From positions 10,974,001-11,038,000 of the forward strand of contig JAQFVV010000005.1 in the NCBI GenBank assembly GCA_028023455.1: a stretch of DNA of 64,000 nucleotides. Reading direction: 5' to 3'. The translations under genes were made by a program, and so were the position numbers. This DNA comes from Epiperipatus broadwayi (taxonomy: Eukaryota > Animalia > Onychophora). Under the pieces are notes generated by a model. The model worked only from the letters and a program-made list of their open reading frames with translations, ran no database searches and was not told the origin of the DNA. This document shows positions 1 to 11,352 of the stretch, in pieces (position 1 is the first letter of the stretch; each line of letters starts with the position of its first letter).

Positions 1-390
1 TAGCATGAATAAGGATCTCAGGGTACAATTCAAACAGGGTTAGAAAAAGTTTTGACTGCTGCAAGTTCTGTATCCAACTCTATGGACTGTTGTACACATT
101 TTTTTACTGGCACTTCCATCATTGTAACTGGTAGAGAGAGGCTTCAGTGTAGTTTTAAACCTGCTTCAGAACAGTCATTGATTGCTTATCACCAAATGTG
201 TAGATTGGAGAATACAACTCACTAATTTAAAACTGGACATAAATTATTGACTGATCACCAGGTGCATCCATCTCATTAAATTCAGTTTTCTAAGCTAATT
301 TATTTGGTATTTTCTATAATTCTGATTAAAATCTTTCATTGTTGTTTAATTCTGTCTGAATATATTGATTTTTTCACTTCATTTTTATGT

Positions 391-535
391 TTAATAAACA
401 AAGCAAAATTCTCCATACAGTAGTGCCAACCAGAGTAATCAATGGGTGGCACAGGGTGGCACTACTGTATGGAGAGTTTTGCTTGTTTAATTACAATTAT
501 GTGCTAGTATAAGAGATAGTATCATGTGATGTTTA
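391..535. repeat. Short inverted-repeat copy of the hammerhead-bearing repeat family (copy A, ribozyme part absent)
   Basis: AAAATTCTCCATACAGTAGTGCCA (about 405-428) is followed by its reverse complement TGGCACTACTGTATGGAGAGTTTT (457-480). The same arms occur at 5700-5735, 5930-5965, 6350-6375 and 60160-60185. Confidence 0.85.
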
Positions 536-1239
536 ATAAAGTGATTTCAATATTTGTACTTATTTTGAATTTACAGATTTATTTCAGAAATATCACTAAT
601 TTAAAAAAAACTTTACTCGTACGTTTTTGCTTTAATTTTCATTAATGCAGTTTTTGATATTAAATGTTGGACAAGATAACGCCATATTTCATAGCACTTT
701 TATCCTTTTCAGTCATTAATTACAAGTGATTAAAATTAAAAGTTTGATATCTAGTGAAATATTTAATATCAAGTATTGTACAAATTTATTAATTTGAGTA
801 AGTAAAGTAAATGACTAGGGGGTCAATGGTTTTAAAAGTTTTTGGTTAAGGGTTCTGCAACCAAAAAAAAGTTTGGGCACTCTTGATTTATATTAATAAA
901 TCTGACAAATATGTAGTTAACTTTTATTTTCAGAAAATCCATTGACCAAAATTTTTAGAATATATCTTTAGTTCTCTTTTCTTATTTTCATCTAATAGTT
1001 CTTTCAACATTTTCTGAAACTCTAAAGCATTATTTAATTCTATAGCACTCATTGACTTTGAGTTCAGATGAAAAGATATAAATTAGTAAACATAAACTAA
1101 TTAATTGGACTGGGCCAGCTTTCAGCAAAACACTGTCAGAATCAGTGCTGAACAAAGTTCTGCAGTACAGATAAGCTTATATAATTGATATGTTATAATA
1201 TATAAATGAGGCACAATTTGCAAATAAGACTATTAGATA

Positions 1240-1800
1240 TTCCATTTTTCAGTTAATGAAAAACATGAATTCTTTTTGTTGATATAATGTAGATCCTTTG
1301 CAATTGCCCAAGCCTCTTTGTACTTTCTTTTCCTATTGTCTCTATCCAAGCACATTTTTCTAACACTTGATTGAGAAAATGTGTAACTCAAGACGCATTC
1401 ATAATCCAGATAGATCGATCTGTATTCAGTCTTTTGTTTAGCTCTATTATACAATTATGCATGTTGAGAATTTCTCATAGATCTATTTGCATGAGATTCC
1501 CCATAATAATCAGAGCTGTAAGGCAAGGTTAGTACATGCATATTTATAGACCACCAGAGGTGCATGTTCTACAGGTATCTTGTCTTTAGTATTGTTCAGC
1601 AAATTATTAAGAGATGGCAGTGATCTAAAGCTAATCCTGTACATGTTAGTGCAAATGTTCCTAAGGTTATTTGAAATGTATGAGACATAAAGAAGGCTTG
1701 GCCATGCTTTAGGTATATTATTAATGTTTTTAATTTTGTTTACATTGATGTAAAATTTCCCAACTATTTTAATAAGTATGTTAATATTATAACCAAGCAC
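1240..1800 (-). mobile_element. Penelope-like element relic, GIY-YIG endonuclease region
   Basis: Minus-strand translation gives LNNLLNNTKDKIP...VVYKYAC, then after a frameshift DYYGES (YIG-like), and further on RKRKYKEAWAIAKDLHYINKK. This matches the PLE linker, GIY-YIG and KR..EA..I..N tail pattern. Stops and frameshifts are present. Confidence 0.8.
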
Positions 1801-2813
1801 TATTAGACCATTAATGTATGCATCTATGTTTCTTTTTCTATTTGCCTCAGCACTTGCATAGATTTTTGTTTTTATTTATAAATATAACCATATTATCTGC
1901 AAATTTTAAGTGACTTACATAAACTGCATTTACTTTTACTCCCTTAACTTCTGACTTTAGTCCACAAAACACTTGCAAAACTGATGTAAAATTTTGGATA
2001 TTAAATCATCCTGTTGTACATCTCTTAGTCTCATCATGTAATTTAATCACTGCAGATGCATTTTGATAAATATTCTTCAGAGTATGATAATATTTCAGGT
2101 CTATATCTTGATGATCCAATGCTCTAACCACCATGGCTCATTTTATAACCTGCTAGTGCGGAGAATGGCTCTTGCATACTTTTTCCAGACCAACGCCAGC
2201 AATGGATGAGTCAACATCAACAAAGTGTTTTTATTATGCATCTGTACAATTTTATAATGTCAATAAATATATTTTTAAAATACTAAGAGATGGCAGTGAT
2301 CTAAAGCTAATCCTGTACATGTTAGCGCAAATGTTCCTAAGGGTTATTTGAAATCTATGAGACATAAAGAAGGCTTGGCCATGCTTTAGGTATATTATTA
2401 ATGTTTTTAATTTTGTTTACATTGATGTAAAATTTCCCAACTATTTTAATAAGTGTGTTACTATTATAACCAAGCGCTATTAAACCATTAATGTATGCAT
2501 CTATGTTTCTTTTTCTATCTGCCTCAGCACTTGCAAAGATTTTTGTTTTTATTTATAAATATAACCATATTATCTGCAAATTTTAAGTGACTTACATAAA
2601 CTGCATTTACTTTTACTCCCTTAACTTCTGACTTTAGTCCACAAAACACTTGCAAAACTGATGTAAAATTTTGGATATTAAATCATCCTGTTGTACATCT
2701 CTTAGTCTCATCATGTAATTTAATCACTGCAGATGCATTTTGATAAATATTCTTCAGAGTATGATAATATTTTAGGTCTATATTTTGATGATCCAATGCT
2801 CTAACCACCATGG
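1608..2813. repeat. About 530-bp near-identical direct duplication (1608-2136 and 2284-2813)
   Basis: Both copies run from TAAGAGATGGCAGTGATCTAAAGC to ATCCAATGCTCTAACCACCATGG, with only scattered substitutions. Confidence 0.95.
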
Positions 2814-3640
2814 AAATGCTTATACAATAAAATATATTTTCATAATCTGTAAATCAACTACATATGAAAACTCATAATCATTGATCCATTCTATAATTTC
2901 TCTCAATTCTTGGATGGATCCTAAACCACTTTTAAACCTAGTTTGTTATTTTGCTTAGTTAGAATCCACACTTTATTGCAGATGAGTTGTAATTATTTTT
3001 ATAGTTTTTTTTTTTACAGAACTGTTAAGTCCATAATTTCCAAATTTCTTATTTATCTTCTTCCTTAAATATCAATGTTACTCCTACATTCTTCTAATCA
3101 TCCATTACATCATTATCATGCAGGCATATGGTATGTAGATTTGCCAACAACTTTTCTATTTCTTCATCTGTTTCTTTTAAAATATCAATGATAATTTCAT
3201 CTTTTTTCTGGAGTATTTTCCTTCTCCATAGATTTAATTGTTTGTCTCATCTCTTCATTTAAAATACTTTGCAATATAGATGTAATAAATGTAGTGAATA
3301 ATTCTTAGTTATTACTACCTCATTTTTTATAAAACTTTTCCCCCACATTTTATGATAATCTTGTGCATTTTTAGTAATAGTTCCATTTTTTCCTCTCATT
3401 ACTGAAAAATCATTTTTTTCTATACTAAAATGTTATTTTAAACCTGAGACTTATTCTCTTCTAGAACTTTCATTGCCAATCCATAATTATAATTTTTATA
3501 TCATTATTAACTCTAGTGCTTTCATAAAGGTTTGTGATGATATTTTAGTTGTATTTATATATTGGGCTATTTCCATCATCTAATACTGAGTATTGAATGT
3601 CTTTAGAAAAATGTAACTTTATTTAAATTTTCAAAATACA
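1840..3640 (-). mobile_element. RTE-like non-LTR retrotransposon RT relic (3' part duplicated)
   Basis: Minus-strand fragments DEIIIDILKE..., VTLIFKE..GNY, YHTLKNIYQNASAVIKLHDET and VKGVKVNAVYVSHLKFADNMVIF match the RT motifs NYRPISLL, QGD and HLRFADD. Many stops. Confidence 0.75.
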
Positions 3641-5816
3641 TTCAACTCTTAGTAATCGCACACAGGATAGTATATGCACAATGTTTTGAAAGATGTTATT
3701 CTCTCTTCTTCAGATGTTGCTGGCCTGACCGGTGACAGTACTAGCATAGGAATTGAATCTGGATCCTTAGATTCTTAAATTTTAAGGTAACCAAGTCATA
3801 CTCAATACTAGATGATGGAAATAGTTCAATATATAAATACAATTATTAACTCTACTTTGAACAATTTTATCAAACTCTAAATATTTAATTCTTCATAAAT
3901 GATCATTTTAAAAAATTTTCATATTCCTTTTTTTCATATATTCTCTAGTCCAATGTTTTTCAACTGACTACATGCTGCAGACCAATAAATTTTTAAATTT
4001 TGTATTGCAGAGTGAGTAAATGAAGTTTTGAACAAAAAATGGAAGAAAGGGTGGGTAATTTTATAGCAAAATATAATTATTGTAGTATTTAACAAATTTG
4101 ATACATATCCATATATGTTGCAAAGAATGATAAAGAACATGGAATAATCAACAAACTATATAAAAGTAAATCAAATAACAAAATATTAAATTAATAATAA
4201 ATGAAATCTAAAGAAAAACAAAGAATAATATTTAAATAATTGAGCAAAACATAATTACAGTCATAAAACCATTAAATAATGCAATTGTTGCTGATTCTTT
4301 TCAATGTCTTGGAGATATATTTGTGACTGCTAAATGAAAAGCTGGATTTATTAATAAATGATTTCTTTGTTTGATTTTATGAGTGTCATTGCCGAAAATG
4401 TCGATTCACATAAGTATGTGGTCAATAACATTCTTAAGACTTTTTCATGTAATTCCAGTTATTCAGTTTTAATTTTAAGCCAAAACTGAGTTATACTTGT
4501 CAAATTAAATAATAACTCTAATGTACCATCGCAACTTAAGTCTATTAATTTTTCCTGTTTCAAATCAATTACGTTATTTTCTTGTTAAATAAATGGATTT
4601 AAAATCGACATATTGCCTTTTCATGTGTCTTCTTCCTGTTGATAATATTGGTCAAACACTCAACAAAGTCCTGTTAAATGCCCATAAACAGTATTTTTTA
4701 ATTTACCAATATTTATATCAACTTCATTTATCAATTCTAAAAATGAATGAAATGTCATAATTTTTTTTATTCTACACACACCATAGTTTTAACTTTTTCT
4801 TGAATGCCTCAATTTTATTCTATAAATCAAAAGTAGTACTATCTCCTTGAAGGCTTAAATGTAGTTTCTTTATTAATGAAAATATGTTTGACAAGTAAAC
4901 CCATTTAACAATCGAATTGTTGTCATGGAAAATATTTTTTAATTCTGAATTATTTTGTTTATACAAATGTTTCAACTTCTTTTCTTAATTCATAAAATCT
5001 TGTTAATATTTTCTCTCTTGACAACCATCCTACTTCTGTGTGAAGTAGTAAATTTTCATGTTCAGATCACATTTCATTGCATAAACTTGAAAACAGTCTT
5101 GAATTTAGTATGCTGCATTTAATATAATTTATTTTTATTGATTGAGTAAGAACATTGTTTAAGTCAGGAGAATTTTTTAGCAGATAAATACTCACAATAT
5201 ATAATAACACGAATAAAAATCAATTTGTTGTCTGCTACTTGAATTTTTTTGCAACTCCTGAATGTTTTCTAGTCGTACTTGCCACTCCATCAGTAAACCA
5301 ACACAATTTTTCTAATAGGGTTCTTTTTAATGTAATTATCAATTGCTTTACATATATACAAACTAGTTATTTGATTAGAAAGTTCAATGAAAAAAAATTA
5401 TCGTTTACATCATCGATTTAAAAATCAGTATAATGAATATAACATCAAAGTATGACTTTATTGGTAACATCTGTAAATTCATCTATTTGAATTGCATAAA
5501 TGATTTGCTTACTTTTTGAATTAATTGATCTTCAGCAATATTCACTAACTCTGCATTAAATAGTATCATTAGACAGTGGCAAAGTTTTCATTTTGCCTCC
5601 AGCAACTGTATCTAGGATTTCAGGACACATATTTATTAAACATGATTTAATTAAACCACTAAACATCACATCAACATTTCTTATACATGCTCATAACTGT
5701 TATTAAAACAAGCAAAACTCTCCATACAGTAGTCCCATGCAGTACAAGCCACAGTAATCAATGTATGCCAGAAGACTTGTGCATAAAATCCCTATCTAGT
5801 GCCTACTCATCCAATA

Positions 5817-5855
5817 TCCCCAGACTAGTTTCTAGCTTGTGGCCATCAGTGAGGA
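5817..5855 (-). ncRNA. Hammerhead ribozyme, defective copy (3-nt deletion at A9/stem II)
   Basis: Minus strand reads TCCTCA-CTGATG-GC-CACAA-GCTA-GAAA-CTAG-TC-TGGGGA. It is the reverse complement of the 6231-6272 copy but lacks 3 nt. Confidence 0.75.
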
Positions 5856-6230
5856 GCCTTGGATCTGAGAGCAATGCACCTATATCTTAGGATCTAATGT
5901 AACCCTCTAGCAGCCACTGTCTTGCACTGAGTGGCACTACAGTATGGAGAGTTTTGCCTGCTTTAATAACAGTTATGAGTAGGCATAAGAAATAGTAATC
6001 ATGTGATGTTTAGAGGTTTAATACCAATGGCTATTAAGGAACCAAATGCACCAAAATGTATGTGTACTGAACTGAGGTCAGACCTATATGGCTATATAAG
6101 CTAATGAGCTTGGATTGAAAATATTATTGTGTTTTCAATTTTATTCTCATAGTTTTATAGTTAAGTAGAGATAAAAGATGAGGTTACCTTAGATCCTAAG
6201 ATCTAGGTGAAGTGCTCTCAGATCCAAGGC

Positions 6231-6272
6231 TCCTCACTGATGAAAGCCACAAGCTAGAAACTAGTCTGGGGA
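6231..6272 (+). ncRNA. Type I minimal hammerhead ribozyme
   Basis: TCCTCA (stem I) CTGATGA (core) AAGC-CACAA-GCTA (stem II) GAAA CTAG (palindromic helix III loop) TC (GUC cleavage triplet) TGGGGA (stem I). Stem I extends via ATCCAA/TTGGAT, CTC/GAG and AGTGC/GCACT. Confidence 0.85.
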
Positions 6273-7829
6273 TATTGGATGAGTAGGCACTAGAAAGGGA
6301 TTTATGCACAAGCCTTTTGGCATCCATTGATTACTCTGGCTTGCACTGAGTGGCACTACTGTATGGAGAATTTTCCTGTTTTAATGATTTAATTAATTTT
6401 TCAGCAATAGAGTACTGCTTTTTGCATATAGCAATCCTTAAACCAACTAAATGTGATGTTTTTACAAGAGACATACTGAATAAAAGAAATTTTTTAAAAG
6501 CTGACTTTATTTTTTTCAATTCAGCACTTTTAGGTTCAAAAAAATCCAGTGATTTATTTTGTAGGTTTGAATGTTTGATCTGTAAATGATGCATTAATTT
6601 TTCTGGCTTCATACATTCATTGAATAAAATTTCACTTCAAATAATGCATAGAGATCCGAGTAATTTTTTTCCCAACTCAAGCTAAGAAATGAAACTAAAT
6701 TTTAAATAATCAAGATTAAATTGATGAACAACAATACATTTTTGTTTTGCCTCTGAGGCAAATCATTTCATGAATAAAGAATATTTTCATTAGCATTCAA
6801 AGTACTTAGACTTGATTTTTGAAAAAATTCTGCAATAGTTTTTAATGTTTTATTCTTACTATTCATTTTTAAATGGCTAAAATTTGGCAAAAAAAGCAAA
6901 TATCAAATACTTAATACCCCTTTAATTTATAGTAGACACCTATTATATAATAATTTCTATCACTGTGTGCCAGTCCATTTCCGATCAATTGGCTATGAAG
7001 TTCTCATAATATATATGACTGACAACTCAATATCATAATCTGAATTAGCAGTTTTAGTGTTTAATAGCTGTTGAAATTTATAATGGACAGTAGATGTTTT
7101 AAAGAATGAATATTATATTTCATATTGATGTAATTGAAAAATATCTATTTTAATGTAACCTTACAGTAATTTTTGATTTGATTAAAAATCTGGATTTACA
7201 ATATGAACTTCTTTTGATTTTTGATTTTAGTATAACATAGCCTATTAGATGTGATTATTTCAAGTATGACAAAATCAAGTTCCTATGTAGTAATTTTTCT
7301 GTCTAAATAAAATGTTTGTTATAGTTAGTACATATGTTGTGAAAAAAATTCAATAACTTCAAAACATTTGAGTTTACAGCACCAATATCACTATTTCCAA
7401 AAATTTTTGATCAAAGTTTACTGTTTATACCAACATATACATTAATGTTTCCAAAAAGAAAAACTACCAGCAAAAAATAAACTTTTATCTGAATCTAGTA
7501 ATGGAATATAAGCAATATTGAATTAATAACAGGTACCACAGTTATAAACCTAGTTTTAATATCATTAGATTTTCATTGATACACTGAGAAATGCAAGAAT
7601 AGAAGATACTAAATTAGATTTTGCTGCAAATCCAACATCATTTAATCATGTTTTTTTACTTAATCTCTTTCCAAAAAATGTGTAGCCATCTATCTATTAT
7701 ATTAAACTTTCTTTTCTTGATTAGTTTGTTTATTTCCTGTGATCATTATATAAACAGATGTTTTTAATTGTTTCAAATATTAAATGATTAAATAATACTT
7801 TTTTTAAGATCAAATAAAAAAAATACAGC

Positions 7830-9000
7830 AAGAAAATCAACTCTTCAAAGAAAAATGGCAACAAAATACTTTTTAATCAAAAGATAAGATGATGTGTCTT
7901 ATTTTCTAAAAATGTGTATCCTCATTTAATGAATATAATATAAAAAGGCACTTTCATGCAAAATATTTAGATTATGATTCCAACTTAGGTGACTAGAAAA
8001 AGATTGATTTGAGCACAAATGTATTAGCAGAATAAAATGTCTCTATTGAATAATATTCTGAATATGAAGCTCTTATAATTACTGCTTAAAAAATAGTGGA
8101 GAGCAAATTTATAGAAGTGTGTTTGCTTAAAACAAGTGAAATTTTATTTCCAAAAGAATAAAATAAATTCATAGGCATTAGCCTATCTTAAAGAATGATC
8201 ACATGATGAATTGACATCATTAATAAAAATATGAACAATCTATTAACAACCCCTCTATAAGATGAACTAATATGATATTCTACTGCACTTGATGAAAGTA
8301 TGAACAAAACAGATGCAACTTAGTTGCTTATATTTATAAGAACTATCTATCCATGAAACATAAAATTATTAAAATTTTACCAATACAATCAATGAAGTCA
8401 TAAAGAATTGGAGTCAATGGATCTACAAATATGAGATGTTTTACTATTCATACATTGCATAATTCACCAACAGGTATAATGCAAAAATGTTCGTAAGTTA
8501 TTTTTACATCAACAATAATCAAAGTCATCAATTATATACAATCAACAATTATATTACTGATAGAATTGAATACAGAATATACTGATGAATTATATCATAG
8601 CAGAGTTCAATAAATAAACTTGTTAAAATTCTTAAAATATGTAGAACACTAAAAGTAAACGAAGGAATTGAACTATCATTTTAGAAATGTGATTTTCCAT
8701 ATTTAACTGATCCTAAATAGAGATGAGATTTTGTCTTCATATTTGATATAATTAATGACCTAAAAAATTTGAATTTGATATTACAATTTTCAAGACAAAA
8801 GCCAGTATACTTATGAAATTATAAATTTGAATGCTTTCATGTCAAATTATTTATTAAACAAATAATTAAAGGTCAGCTAAATCAAATTCCATGAGTGAAG
8901 TCATTGGAAAATATACCAAAAACTAAAATTTGATCTAAAATAGTTTACTTCCTATTATATATAAATAAACGCAAAAACTTAAAAGTAAAGTTTAAAAGAG
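7830..9000 (+). mobile_element. hAT transposase relic, GTF2IRD2/EPM2AIP1 (Spin)-like
   Basis: Plus-strand fragments KWQ..YFF..KDKMMCLI, NEYNIKRHFH, EVCLLKTSEILFPKE, ISLS, STALDES..TDAT.LLIFIR and DFVFIFDIINDLKNLNLILQ. Heavily frameshifted. Confidence 0.75.
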
Positions 9001-10156
9001 AAATTATAAATAAATATAATAATAAGCTGAACGTTTTCAAGGATCCATGCCTCATAATCATAGCTTTCAGCAGTGACAGATCAGAAGTCAGGGAAAGTGA
9101 ACCTTCAGAATCAATGAATGGTTGATTAGTTATTGGGACAACTATAGAGCAGACACAAGAAAAAAATTATTGGAGAACTGTTAGAATCTGTTTCTGAACC
9201 ATTGTTAAAATACATATTGCAGTCAGAAGGGTTATGTAAAATAAACAGAATGGAGTAAAAGTTCACCATATACACCAGAACTAATCCTCCAATAATCACC
9301 ATGTGAGCTGTATTCTCTTGAAACCTACCTAGTAAGAAAAAATAGCAAAATCAAATTTGTCTTTCTCCTGTTTGTTGCCATATATTTGAACGAAGCCTTA
9401 CAAGTTGGGGCATGCCAGGGTTTTAGCTATGAAGAACAGAGGGAAAGTCATTATAGAAGTCAGTATTATGTACTGACTGGTATGAATAATTATTGCAGAT
9501 GAATCATTTAAATATTTATAGAAAACAGAGAGGAAATATGTACAAACCTTCACATTTTGGTATATGTAAGAAAAGAACATTTAAATTTTTATCGTTTTCT
9601 TTCTTGCTATTTTTAGAAATATATTAATTTTAAAAATTAATATATTTAAATTAAGATAAATGTATGTGTATAGAATTAGATCAAGATATATATATTTAAT
9701 GTGTAAAAAAAGCAGGAGTAAAAATATAATCTATCTTACTATTTTTTCTTTGTATTTGTGTAATATCACTGATCTGTATGAGTAATTATATATATATGCT
9801 CACAATCTGCAGTGTTAGATTATACTGTAAAAAACAAATAGAAAGGAGGAGTTGTTCTCGCATTGCTAACTAATGTAATAGGGATTAGATTTTTTTCTTT
9901 TGTGTTATAACTATTAACTATTATAATTATTTCTTTTGTGGGAATTTGTTTTTTTTCATAAAATTAATAAAATAAGTTTTTCTTGTATTTAAACATTAAA
10001 TGGTGTTCAATGTTTTTACTCACCTCACTCCATAGTTAATATGAATAATTAAAATTACCCCAAATCCAAAACTCAACCAGACTAGCCAAGAAAAAAAACT
10101 AAATTAAAACACAATTAAAGGTTTCTCTGCTACAAGAAGACTTCTTAAGTGTAAAG

Positions 10157-10250
10157 AACTACAAAAACAACACCATATATATATATATATTAAACATTAC
10201 TACAACTACAAAAACAACACCATATATATATATATATTAAACATTACTAC
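10157..10250. repeat. 47-bp tandem duplication containing (TA)n
   Basis: AACTACAAAAACAACACC(AT)nTAAACATTACTAC occurs twice in tandem. Confidence 0.95.
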
Positions 10251-10320
10251 AAATCCATTAACTTTCCATCCACCCTTAATATTAAAAGAATTCTTAAATA
10301 AGATAATTGCTTCAGAATAA

Positions 10321-10417
10321 TAAATTTTTAATAATAAAGATTCTTTAATTCTTTTTATTTTATTTGAGAGAAATGAAATAAAAAGAAGAATTAAAGAATC
10401 TTTATTATTGAAAATTT
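10321..10417. repeat. Near-perfect 33-bp inverted repeat (about 97-nt hairpin)
   Basis: TAAATTTTTAATAATAAAGATTCTTTAATTCTT pairs with AAGAATTAAAGAATCTTTATTATTGAAAATTTA with one mismatch. The spacer is partly self-complementary. Confidence 0.9.
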
Positions 10418-10429
10418 AGTTTTTTTAAA

Positions 10430-11200
10430 AAATAGCAGCACCATAGTATCTGTATTTCAATTACATAAGTTCATCTTTTTACTTAAATGACACCAACATA
10501 TTTAAATTGTCTTACAATATCAAGATTATGCTGACATTTTTTCTTCAATCCTGGCTCATAAAGTACTTGAATTATTTAACACTAATTACTAATTCAAAGT
10601 CTTTATATGTTGCATTCAAAATAATTAAATAGATATTATAGACTGTATTTTAAATTGGAAAAAGCCAAAAATGAAGATTTGGGTTTAACTTTTAATAAGT
10701 TAAAAATTCCATCATCAAATCTTTAGTACACCTTTCATTCTATCATATACAAGCTGTATAATATGAATAAGCAGTGTCAGAATTGATCAACTAAATCAAA
10801 TACCTTGATAAAATCAATAAAAACATTTTTGGATTTATTTGTGACAAAGCAATGTTTATAGTGTTTCCTCAATTTTTAGAACTACATTGAGATTATGGTC
10901 ATCATTTATTTATGACTGGAAGCAATCTATTCAAAAAAATCCTTGAAAATGTTTTTGCTGTAGTGAACTATGATATTCTATAATAATTGTTATAGTGCTT
11001 TTATATATCATTTCATTTCATTAATTGGAACAATAGAAGCAACCTTAAAATTAGTGGGCAATTGCATAAATCCATCCTAAAAAAATTCAATAACTTTGAA
11101 ACTGGTTATATCATAACCCTGTTAAAAATTTTCTCCAAATAGTCCATCAAGTTATGTAATCTAATTTAAGATTACACTGAGTCTATTTTAATTTCATTAA
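10430..11200 (+). mobile_element. Very decayed non-LTR (CR1/L2-like) RT fragment
   Basis: Weak remnant resembling D..KAFD.V.HDIL near 10930-10985. Little else is readable. Confidence 0.3.
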
Positions 11201-11352
11201 ACTGGATATCTTTTTGAATATAAAAAAGATAGGTATGATGAATATCTAATTAAAAAGTAGTAACAATTCTTATAATCTTTTTCAAAAGGTAAGCAAATAT
11301 TTTTTTCTAGTTATTTAAAATATCAACAATATTATGTAAGAATGTTTTTCAG

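Larger units (their letters stand above)
5655..6383. mobile_element. Non-autonomous PLE pseudo-LTR / retrozyme-like insert with inverted copies
   Basis: Splits the transposase at LIKS and is flanked by direct repeat ATGATTTAATTAA (5642-5654 and 6384-6396). Unit 5700-5905 is inverted at 6181-6383, and a truncated inverted arm lies at 5920-6021. Contains hammerhead cores. Confidence 0.75.
3951..6790 (-). mobile_element. hAT (Buster/Charlie, ZBED5/FAM200-like) transposase relic, interrupted by insert 5655-6383
   Basis: Minus-strand motifs: CII.SEILFNECMKPEKLMHHLQIKH, IAEKLIK(SC)LINMC, PLSNDTI, YAIQIDEFTDVTN, TDG, LLLHTEVGWLSREKILTRFYELRKEV. Charlie-type end CAATGTTTTTCAAC at 3951-3964 is preceded by CTCTAGTC. 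The other terminus was not identified. Confidence 0.9.

Noticed and set aside
1-240. GC-richer, coding-looking segment at the window start
   Set aside because: Stops interrupt the frames examined, no motif was recognised, and the context is truncated by the window edge.
1106-1152. Hammerhead-like string downstream of the first PLE (minus: CTGATTCTGACAG...CTGAAAGCTGGC)
   Set aside because: The position is suggestive, but core spacing is wrong, there is no UH cleavage site after helix III and no stem I.
5651-6021. piggyBac-type MITE (TTAA at both ends, about 85-bp TIRs)
   Set aside because: The left TTAA is part of a 13-bp duplication bounding a larger insert, the termini are not CCC/GGG, and the arms are inverted copies of a hammerhead-bearing unit.
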